Shown: piece by piece, positions 53,276-64,000 of the stretch | Position numbering within the stretch: the stretch's first letter is position 1 | Layout of the letters: every line of letters begins with the position of its first letter | Assembly: GCF_009914755.1 (NCBI RefSeq) | Contig: NC_060931.1 | Source of the DNA: the human T2T-CHM13v2.0 reference genome, Homo sapiens | Reading direction: 5' to 3' (one strand) | DNA length: 64,000 nucleotides | Program-made: the position numbers and the translations under genes | The notes under the pieces: model-generated | What the model was told of the DNA's origin: nothing | What the model saw: only the letters and a program-made list of their open reading frames with translations | Database searches by the model: none

Positions 53276-54294
53276 CATTGGCCACTTCTCACCTGGAGAC
53301 TGTGACTCCTAACCCGTTTCAGGTTAGGTCACAAAGGGGAGATTGGGGAAATCTAGAAAACAAAATTGAAAAATCCCAGTGGGTAATTCTGTTGGCTCCA
53401 TTCCCCTACTGAAAACCTCTGCCTTACATAGTCCTCTGCTCTTAGTCTGCCATATTCTGGCAAGAAAAAGACCTGAGCTGGACTCTTCCTTCATTCTAGC
53501 ACACTTATTTGGGATGGAAGCAAACCTTAAGAATTAATTGTTTCTTGTCAAGCCACTAAGTAGTACCATTTTTTAGTAAATGCTAAACAATTCTGTCATA
53601 ATAAGCTCAGTCTGCCGTGCACCTCTTCACCAATAAAATAAGCTCTGTTTACTAGATTTTCCATTAATTACCTAAGATGGATATAAAAAACATTACTCAA
53701 TATTCTTAGAATTTTACTACTGGAGTGTCAAGCTAAAGCAAATAATTTATATATTTACATAGTTCAAGATGATGACAATAGTTTACTGATAGTCGGTTAT
53801 TCTGCTGAGGTTTATCTCCCTCTCTGCATAGGACTTAACCTCGCTCCCCAACCAAAAAAAAAAAACGGCAGTTAGGCAACTGTCCTGCCATCTGCCTCAG
53901 ATGCTAAGCAGATAAAAGTCGGCTCATTAAAAACAAAATGACTTGGGTGGAGAGGAAAAAATGTGAAATAGCCTGTTATTATAATAATTACCTCAGTAAA
54001 ATGTGTTATTTTATCATGACAATGAGATTTTCTGAACATGTTATTACATTTGTGGTAAAAAGAAAAAAATCAAAACTATGTTTTTGTTTTCAAAATCCAG
54101 TCATCGAAGGAAAACACCAATTTAATAAATTTCTCAATAATTATCAAATTGTAACTTTTTAACTCTTTCCCATTAAAGCCAAAGCCGGAAAGAATTCTTA
54201 ATGTCATATTAATGCTCATTATCTACAACAGAGAAAGCTGAATATCTATAATAGTTTTGAGTGCTAAGTATACAGAGTAAGTGCCCATGTGTGC

Positions 54295-54545
54295 TGGAAA
54301 GCAGTCATAATTGTGAGCATAGGTTGTTGAATCGCATTGCCTGGCTTTAAATCCTAAGCCCACCATTTACAATGTGATCTTGTGCATATAATTTTACCCT
54401 TGTAACTCAGTTTCCTCCTCTAAAGAACAGTGATAATAATAGTACTGGGATCATAATTACCTTTGAGGACTAAAAGATACAATGAATAGAAAATGCTTTG
54501 CCTAGGCCTTGGCACATAAGATGTACTTAAAGCATGAGCATATTT
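54295..54545 (+). mobile_element. MIR
   Basis: cctggctttaaatcctaagcccaccatttac...ctcagtttcctcctctaaa...gataataatagtac...tggcacata. Confidence 0.75.
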
Positions 54546-55166
54546 TCACTCTCAAATCTATAATGACAGCTCATACTTCCCTTTTTAAGTTTCAGAACTA
54601 TATTTCCAATTGCCTTCTGGATGTCTCCATCTGAATTTCCTCAGGCCACTTCTAAATTATCTTTTCCAGTATATAATAGTTTTTCTCCAATACTCCTTAA
54701 CTTACCACTAAAACTATTTTACCAAGACAGAGTAAGGTGTTTGGAATGGTGTTTTGAGCTCTGGTATCCTTCCAAAGGATGGCTATATGGTAATTATGCT
54801 TCCAGTTGTTATTTATCTCCCTTTTCTAGAGATACATTGTTTGCTGTCAAACAGAATATCTAAAATAATTTTAACTGACCCCTTAAGCGCTTCAAAATAT
54901 TGTTATCTTATAATCTTTCTAATATTCTAAACAGCACTTTTAATAGTTTCTTAAAGGTACTAAGCCTAATGTCTTACTGAACACTTTCTATAAACAACAG
55001 AACTTGATTTTGCCCAGTTGTAAATACATCATTTCTTGAGCACCTCTCTCATACTGCCCTCAGTGTCCATGATGAAAAGTCATATTCTTACTTAGTTTTG
55101 AGACCAAAAACCAACTGGGCAAGATCTAGGACTGTCGGACTTTTCTTGATAAAAGTTGAGGCAATA

Positions 55167-55502
<336 letters not shown>

Positions 55503-56019
55503 TCAGGAAGATATTGCTAGGCTCGGCCCAAGTGGGTAAGTTAAAAACAGGTGTCATAACAGGATTCAGTGAAATTTATTAACTAGAAGAAATGCAAGTT
55601 TTTCTCTCAGGAGAACCAGTAATTCAATAAATAACACCTGAAAATCAGAAAATGTCAGTCTCATAGAGCTACAGCAGAGTATATTTGGAAGATTCAAAAT
55701 CAATTGAACATCAAGAAAAAGAGAGTTCTCAAAAGATAGGAAAATTTCAGTTTTATAAAAGCCAATCTAATGTAACAGGAGAGAAGCTATTATAACTTGA
55801 AACTTCTTCCTGTAGGCTGAATAAAATACAGAGTTAAGAGGTACGATGGAAACTGATAAGAGCTAGAACACAGATCAGATAACAGGCAATCACTATTTGG
55901 CTAAAGGAAATACAGAGAGGTTGTTAGAAATTTTCGTTATGCCACATTTCATTGACAATAGTATAATTCCTGCTGAATCGATGCTAAATGTTGAGTTGAT
56001 CTAAGGAAATAAAGAATCA

Positions 56020-56470
56020 GAGGCTGGGCACTGCTCCCTTTGTCCGTGAGCCACTAGTGCAGGGATCACAGACTTAAATGACTGTAGGACTTGGGCGTGT
56101 AACATACACCAGTGAACTCAGCCTGGGTACATGAAAAGCAGTAACATGATCACAAAAAAAATGGTTACTGACTCTTGAGAAGACAACAGAGAGTGGTGAG
56201 GGTTGTAGCAAACCGGAGAGCTCGGACCCCTTCTTAAGTGGGTGGAAGATAAACAGCTCCAGCTCATTGCCTTGAAGAAATGCAGGCCCAGTTGTGCTCA
56301 ATATCCTGATTAAGAGATGCTGAAACTAGGACTTTATGAAACATCCTGATATTTAAGTTTTACACAAAATTTATCAATTTTTAAACCGCTCTGTGGAATG
56401 ATGCTATGAGAGCCAAATAAAGATCTACTGGGCACATTTGGTCCGTGGACTGTCAGTTTGCTAGTCTCCA
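56020..56470. mobile_element. hAT DNA transposon relic (MER45/MER94-like)
   Basis: gactttatgaaacatcctgatatttaag and terminal gggcacatttggtccgtggactgtcagtttg. Confidence 0.45.
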
Positions 56471-56784
56471 CAACAGGGTTTTAGAACTACGCAATGGCCT
56501 TTGTTTCTCTTTCTTCACTTTCATTCTTTGTATTTGATTCTGGGACTTGCGTTTTCTAGTCAATCAAGAAGATCCAAAGAGTCCAGGTGAAAAATTAGGA
56601 GTATATTTGGGAGCAAACAGACCTTAGTTAGCAAAAAATACAAACACTTAATGATGAATTGAATATGTAAAATTTAGACTAGCAATTTTTGTATTTCTTT
56701 TGCTAACCTTGCCAAGATAGATTATGGGTACCTTAATAAAGCTAATTTCTTTTCCCTTGGCCATCTGATATCCTTTAAACCTAA

Positions 56785-57245
56785 ATCTGTTGGATAGTTT
56801 CCATTTGCCCATCCAGTTTCCTTCTCTACCCACTCTGTGCCCCCAGGAAGCTGGCTGGTATAGAATGCGTTAAAGGACTACTTTACCTCTAGCTTCCATT
56901 GAGTTTGGCCCATCTGGGAGCACTGGCAGGAGTTTGGAGGGTGGAGAGAAATGCAAGTCAGGGCATTTATTTGCCCCACTTTCCCCCTGCTGGTCCATTG
57001 ATTTAATCCCTTCTTCCTATTTGGAGTTCCTCCTTACACAGCCCCCCATCCCCCATGTGTGAGTGTATGTGTGTGTCCCTTGAAATATTGTCTTTTACTG
57101 TTCCTCCAAGCCAGGGATGTTAAGGTTCTCCACTATTACAAGTCCCAGAGGAATATACCACCGGTTGTTCCTTTTCTTAAAACCTTCCCTACAGTCCTCA
57201 ACTACTCAGTTTGTCTGCTTTCTGTTTCCTGCTGGAAGGCTAACT
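56785..57245 (+). mobile_element. LTR33-like ERVL LTR
   Basis: ctctgtgccccaggaagctg...agcttccattgagtttggccc...gggagcactggcaggag...tctgtttcctgctgg. Confidence 0.75.
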
Positions 57246-57499
57246 TAAAAAGCCATTTCAAAGTACACAATCCATCCCCAGCATTGGGATCTTAACTGGA
57301 CAAAGCGTCTCATCAAGTCCTTTAATTCTTATTTCTTTGGGTCTTTTGGCTGGCCCTATCTTCTTCTAACTCCAGACTAGCAACTGTCCTCCCAACCACA
57401 CCCACCCTTTCTTTCTTACTCGTTGTCAGAAAGCTTTTCCTGAGGGTTACATTCCCCAGGGTTTAAAATATAATTAAAAAGTGCTTTCGTGGTTTTCTG

Positions 57500-58420
57500 G
57501 TTGGAGGATGAATTTGTACAATCTCTTGGAAAAGCAAAGCTATTTGGCAGTAAGTGTTAGGAGCCTTCAGAATGTATCTAACCTTTGACCCAGTAATTTT
57601 ACCTTGGGAACTTTTCCTAAGAAAAGAATCCTAAATATTAAAAAATTTGGATAAAGATGCATGCAAATATGTTTATTAATAAAATGGCCAAAAACTATAA
57701 ACAGAACACACTCCAACATTGAGGTATGTCAAGTGTCTTCTGTTTGCCCCACCAGCTTCTCTCTCCAATTGCCCTCCGCTATAAGAGACCAGCCTTCCTA
57801 AGACTCTGACTGTGGCTCCACTACCTTCTGGCTTTGGTATGAACTTTACTAATGGTACGTCTTGATAAAATTGAAGATGAGAAGAAGAATGAAGTAGGAG
57901 TAGTTATTTTCCCTGTCCCCTTTCCGCAGATAGCCTCAGGCTGGCCACCATTCTTGAACAAAGGTAAAACGGTAAAACAGCCTTTCACGTGGCCCTCTTC
58001 ACATAACTCAATCTCCCTAAGGTTCAGTAATATATGCTTCTCTCGTCTTTTGAAGCCTAAGGATAGTGATGCATTCTGTTCTGCGCCCTGCCCCCATGCA
58101 CACTGTTTCTAACTCAGGGATACTGTGCTATCACTAACACCCTATCCCACGGTTATCAGAAAATTCTCCTCAAATTGCCCAATTTGAGTACACTAAATAT
58201 ATTTCACTGCCAAGAATCTGGTGCAATCACACAGCATATTTAAGTATACTAGGCGCCACAGCCACTATGGAATAATATGTAACATAGAAAGATAATCACA
58301 AAAAGTACAACAAAAAAAGATAAATCTAGTATGAACACAGGTACATAAAAATAAAGCAAATAAGATTCATCATGAAAATGTAATGTTTTCTATAATAAAA
58401 ACATATTACTTTTTTAATGA
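57500..58420 (+). mobile_element. L1ME 3' fragment interrupted by a second LTR33-like LTR (~57727-58230)
   Basis: cctttgacccagtaattttacc...tgtttattaataaaa on the left; tgtcaagtgtcttctgtttgccc... LTR33-like insert. Confidence 0.6.
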
Positions 58421-58439
58421 GAAAATGTTTAATGACTTA

Positions 58440-58889
58440 AAAGGAAAGACATTGTAAATCATGCCCAGAGGAATTTGAAAAGACCTTGCAGAAGTGGCAA
58501 TAGAAATGATGCTTGACAATCAAGTAGGACAAATGAGGAAAAAAAAAAAGTGGAGGAAAAAACATGTCTGGCCAAGAATGAAGCCTATGAAAAGGTAAGT
58601 GAAAGTGCTTATAGAAAACCAGGATTCTCTTCTGAAGAGCCTAGGGTAAACACAGTTGAGAAAGGGCAGAGGATTTCATAGAAAAGGGTACTGGGAATGT
58701 GATTTGGGGCCAGAATGTCCAAGGTTTCATAGCTGATGCTAAAGGTCTCTTCATGGCCTAGGAGAAAGGTTGGAGAGTGGCATTAAACGAACCATAGAAG
58801 GGTTTAAGAAGAGGACAAAAAGCTTAGATTTCTGTCTCCAAAGGAAAACTCTCCTACTACTGTGGAGAAAGGAGGGCTAAGAGTTCCCG

Positions 58890-58920
<31 letters not shown>

Positions 58921-59030
58921 CCTGAACTATGAAGTTTTACTAAGGAGTAAAGAGGGTAAAGGGAATAGAAAAGATTTCAGATGCTTCACTAAGACACGAT
59001 TAATATAATTTGTAAACTAATGAAAGACAG
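58440..59030 (-). mobile_element. L2 fragments
   Basis: Purine-rich gggccagaatg...gaaccatagaagggtttaag...cctgaactatg resembles L2. Confidence 0.55.
58890..58919. repeat. Pure A30 homopolymer
   Basis: 30 uninterrupted A. Confidence 0.97.
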
Positions 59031-59179
59031 GGGTTGTCTAGCATACATCTGTAAAAGGGAACAATGATACCTGTGGTACACTTAAAATCTTGATAGACTT
59101 CCCTGCTACTTTAGGTTGAAAAGGGTTCGAATGGCCAAAAATATTGTTTTCATTTTATGTTGCAATTGTATATCATGCT

Positions 59180-60240
59180 GAAAAGCAGATCTTTATAAAT
59201 AAATTTCTTATATTTCTGAACCTTCAGAGGACTAAATTCCCAGATATGGGAATTGTATTTCAAATATTTTAAAGATTTTATTACATAATGCCAACTGATT
59301 ACAAAAAAAGTTAGGGCCAATTTACAATTTCACTATAAATGAGTTCCTATTTTAACCTAGCTACCACTAAATACTGTCATTTTTTTAAGTCTTTTTTTTT
59401 TTTTTTTTTTTTTGAGACGGAGTCTCTCACTCTTGCCCAGGCTGGAGTGCAGTGGCGCCATCTCGGCTCGCTGCAAGCTCCGCCTCCCGGGTTCACTCCA
59501 TTCTCCTACCTCAGCCTCCTGAGTAGCTGGGACTAGAGGCGCCCGCCACCACGCCCGGCTACTTTTTTGTATTTTTAGTAGAGACGGGGTTTCATCGTGT
59601 TAGCCAGGATGGTCTCAATCTCCTGACCTCGTGATCTGCCCACCTCGGCCTCCCAAAGTGCTGGGATTACAGGCGTGAGCCACCGTGCTTTTTAAAGTCT
59701 TTGAGTATTTGATGGGTACCAATAGTATCTCATTTCTTAAATTAGTATTTTTTTGGTAACTAGTAAAGCTGGGCTTTTTCCATTTCTTTAAGCATCTGTA
59801 TTCCCTATCCTCTTTACACATTTATCTATTGTAATGTTTTCTTATACGTTTGTATGAGCATATTCTATGGTATGTGTTTTCACCCATTTCTGCAATAGTT
59901 ATAAATACCTAAGGTTTAAAAAAAGTATCATCAAATGTGTCCATTTGTTTTCTTTAAATTGGATAAATTATTTTTACATGTAGAAAGAACTTTCATTGCC
60001 AACGCCAGAAAATACTGACCTATATTGTGTCCTAGTTTTACACTAAGTTCTTTAGTTTATCATGAATATATTTTGATATAAAGGAAGTTTCTAGATTAAG
60101 TTTTTGTCCAAGTAGCTAATAATTGTCCCAACACCATGTATTATTTATCCCGTCTTCATTGATTTTTGAAGCATGACTTACGTTATATTAAATTGCTATT
60201 AATATTGGGTTCTATTTCTGAGCTATCTTACTTTTAACAA
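59180..60240 (-). mobile_element. Old L1M fragment split by AluY
   Basis: gccaatttac...tagtatctcattt...aattgtcccaacaccatgtatt...gggttctatttctgagct. Confidence 0.7.
59392..59688 (-). mobile_element. AluY
   Basis: gcaagctccgcctcccgggttcac...gttagccaggatggtctc...gacctcgtgat; TSD ttttta(a)agtc. Confidence 0.96.
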
Positions 60241-60289
60241 TTTACCAAATGAGTCATCTTTTTTATTATTATTACATATTGTTTCCAAA

Positions 60290-60410
60290 TCAGATTATAG
60301 TATCTTTCAAAAAAGGGATTGGGTTCTATTGATGCTTGTGTTTTCCATAGGGCCCATCACTTTACACATAGTAAATGTTCAATAAATATTTACATATTTA
60401 TTAAATGAAT
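60290..60410 (+). mobile_element. L2 3' terminus
   Basis: acacatagtaaatgttcaataaatattt...ttaaatgaat. Confidence 0.65.
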
Positions 60411-61417
60411 GTTTAAATTGAATATCCTGTGCCTAAAATGCAAAGAATTTCCTCACTATGTTAAAAGGTCACATTCTTCAAGGTGAAACATGAAGTAATT
60501 TTGAAATTGGAGAAGGGGGCTGAGAATGGCAGTATTCCAAGTATAAAAATTCCATGTGAATTTGATTAGAATAATTTAAATTTTGTAGTGACTTCACTCT
60601 CCAGAGGCTATGCGATCATGAGAAAATGCTGAAAGGGAGAATTTTAGTTGTGAGCTCCCTCTGAGTTACTGAAGTTCAGAAAGGCCTTTAGCTGTGTAAT
60701 GATGTGCAAATCAGTCCACATTCCACGGTGGCTCAACAGATGAACTATGTCAATGGTGAAATGTTGTCTTTATAATGTCTGCTGATACCTCTATTTGAGA
60801 GAACCAGCTGTTGGTCCTTTATACTGCTGTCCATTTAGAAATCTGAGCAATAAAGCAATACTTAATACTTATTGCATATTCATTTACCCCCCTAGCTACA
60901 TATTAGTGTAAACATGTTAAATTTTAAATAAAAGGCAGTATTAAGCGTATGTGTCTCTGGCACATACAAGTAAGTGAAGCTTTCATGCAGTTGTATATCA
61001 AACTGTACAGAGATGACTTCAGACTAAAAAGATTGTGGAACAATTTTGTTTGATTAAGGAGACATAAAACTAGATTGTCATAAAGAATGCTAGGATTACA
61101 GACTTCTATAAAAAGACATGCTCACTACATCTATTCATGTGAGTAAAGAATAGTATAGTTACCAGAAAAGGAAAAGTTATGTATTCAGCAAAACCAAAGA
61201 TATTTGATGTTATTTTTATGACAATATGCAAGTCTTGAAATAAGTATTCATGTATTTTCAAGGTTGTTTATATTATGAAATTAAAATAGTCCTAATTACC
61301 ATTGCAAAAATCCTTGGGATAATATATGATGAATTCTAACATGTTTCGCTCATGACCTCTTTTGATTTTTTACAATTATTTTACAGGGTAGTTTTGTGTG
61401 GTGTGTGTTTGTATTTT

Positions 61418-62255
61418 ACAGACTTTAATTTTTAGAGCACTTTTAGGTTCACAGCAAAATTAAGGGGTAAGTACAGAGTTCCGATATACTCCCTGCCGCC
61501 ACATGGGCTCAGCCACTATCAACATCACACATCTGTTACAATCGATCAATCAACATTGGCATATGATTATCACCCAGAGTCCATAGTTTACATTAGGGTT
61601 CACTCAGTATTGTGCATTACATGGGTTTTGACAAATGCATAATGCCATGATTCCACCACTGCAGTACCATACAGAGTAGTTTCATTGCCCTGCAAATCTT
61701 CTACGCTCCACCTATTCATCTCTCCTTCTCCAAGTCCCAGGTAAACACTATCTTTTTACTGTCTCCATCAGATTGCCTTTCCAAAATGTCTCAGGGTTGG
61801 AATCAAACAGCATTTAGACTTTTTGGTTGGTGTCCTTCACTTAGTAATATGCATTTAAGCTTCCTTCAAGTCATCCCATGGCTTGATAATTCATTTATTT
61901 TTAGTCCTGAGTAATATTCTATTGTCTGGATGTACCACAATTTATTTATCTACTCACTTACTGAGGACATCTTGGTTACTTCCAAGTTTGGGCAATTATG
62001 AATAAAATTGGTACAATATTCATGTGCAGGCTTTGGGGTAGACATAGCTTTCAACTCCTTTGGGTAAATACCAAGGAGCACAATTGCTGGATCATTTAGT
62101 TTTGTGAGAAACTGCCAAACCATCTTCCAAAGTGGCATTCCCACCAGCAGTGATGATGGTTCGGATTGCCCTATGTCCTTGTCAGCATTTGATATTACCA
62201 GTGTTTGGGATTTTGGCTGTTCTAATAGGAGTGTAGTGATACTTCATTTTAATTG
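61418..62255 (-). mobile_element. L1MC-like 3' end
   Basis: gactttaatttttagagcacttttaggttcacagcaaaatt...tgagaaactgccaaac; ORF2 C-terminal peptide DPAIVLLGIYPKE. Confidence 0.88.
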
Positions 62256-62289
62256 GTAATTTTGATAGTTGTTTTAATATAGTCATTAC

Positions 62290-62410
62290 ATAAATGAGTT
62301 GAGGCTGCAGAAAATTAAATAAGTTACCTATGATTCTATAGCTAGTGGGTAGCAGATTCAAATTTACTTCATAAGACTCTAAAGCCCATGTGCTTTTTTG
62401 CACTGTGGTT
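62290..62410 (-). mobile_element. MIR
   Basis: tgaggctgcagaaaattaaataagtt...gctagtgggtagcagattcaaa...gactctaaagcccatgtgc. Confidence 0.65.
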
Positions 62411-62497
62411 GTCTTATAGCCAGACAAGAAAAGAATTTAAATTCATACAGGCAGGACACCAGCGGTTAGTTTCCAGTCACATTTATTGCTTGTCTTA

Positions 62498-63000
62498 ATG
62501 TAGTTTTCTCCAGAAGAGGACCCTGACACCAGGAAATATTGGGGGTCACAGGGAAATGAAGGAAGGAAAGACAACCAACGAAGGATCTATTTGAATGCAA
62601 TTATCACTGTGACCAAGTATAGCTTACTCCTACAGGGGAACTTTGGAAAATGGTGCTAAATATTACTCAAAATGTAACGTGTGGCAGTACCAGTCCTTCT
62701 ACTGTTTGAGACTGGCCCAGGACAAAGAATGTATAAAAATTAAAAGTACTAAGAAACTTTTACAGCAATTTGACATTTTAGTGATACCCATTTTTCCAAT
62801 AATTCATTTTTACTTTATGTTATTTAAGTATCAATCCATGATAGATTGAAAATTAAAAACTAGCTCAAAAATAGTGTAGAACACAAGGCCTAAAGTGACT
62901 TCATACAAGAAACAGGGGAGCTGGGGTATTTATACCTCACTTCCCATCTGGTTGGTGCACAGTTAAGACAGCACCCAGGAATGTTGTTCATTCCCTAGCA
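62498..63000. mobile_element. LTR16-like ERVL LTR remnant
   Basis: tctccagaagaggaccctgacac...ggggaactttgga...ggggagctggggtatttatac. Confidence 0.5.
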
Positions 63001-63483
63001 CTTCTAGCACACAGACTTCCAGTTGTATGTGATGAAGTGGTGAGCCAGGGACATCATCTTTCTGACGATGAGTTAAAGACTAAACAAGTATTATTTTACT
63101 GCATGCTATAAAAGGATAACACTATGCACAGGGTCTGTGCACAGGATTAGACTATGCACGGATAAAATGTTTCATTCAAAAGTACCCATATTTTCTACCA
63201 AGAAAGCTGAAGATGAGAGCCCCTTCTCTCCTTTTCCCACACCCAGAAAGCCAGTGTACTAACATATGATGAAAATTCTGAAAACTAGATATTCCCAACA
63301 AGGATTTTGAATCTTGAGCAAGTGATCCAAAGCAAAGGGAGGATTCAAAGTTGTTCTTAAGAGTTAGACACTTCCTGCTACTGCTTATGCCTCCGTGTTT
63401 TCTGGCCTTGGTTAGTCGTAGTCTCCCAGCTTCCTGCTGATTCTGTGATTCTGTGGGCTCCCAATTTTCTTTCAAGAATTTCC

Positions 63484-63800
<317 letters not shown>

Positions 63801-63879
63801 TAGAACAGCCATAATCTGACTCTTTACTTGAAACTAGAAGTCATCACAGTATGAGATAATTGAGGAGAATCAGAGCTCT

Positions 63880-63970
63880 GATTTCTGCCTGCTCATGAAT
63901 TCCCTTGAAAAAGTGAGGTTGGTTTCTTTGCCAGTCTTTGTCTCAGTTTCCACATTTGTAAAATGGGGCT
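63880..63970 (+). mobile_element. MIR core
   Basis: tctcagtttccacatttgtaaaatgggg. Confidence 0.65.
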
Positions 63971-64000
63971 AGCTCTGTAGCATGCTTCGAGGAAAATTAA

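Overview
Primate (human-like) genomic DNA, AT-rich and repeat-dense, with no protein-coding gene I can support. Roughly half of the window is recognisable interspersed repeat: Alu (S and Y types), L1 fragments (L1PA to L1M), L2, MIR, HAL1, MaLR/ERVL/ERV1 solo LTRs and hAT/Tigger DNA transposon relics. All longer ORFs in the track come from repeats or low-complexity sequence. The non-routine structure is: (1) a ~3.1 kb compound AT-rich minisatellite (13945-17015) interrupted by a 140-bp copy of unique sequence from ~5.3 kb downstream, part of a three-copy local duplication; (2) a largely repeat-free block at ~42.4-48.6 kb with an RFX X-box, TATA and initiator-like arrangement, CpG retention and several well-formed splice sites, suggesting an unannotated or lncRNA transcription unit; (3) two apparently related GGGA/TCCC-rich elements (~22.0 kb and ~35.6 kb) that look like an ancient repeat family rich in kB/RBPJ/EBF-like motifs. 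Repeat subfamily names are recalled from consensus sequences, not computed; boundaries of old elements are approximate. I found no convincing novel biological system, only testable candidates.
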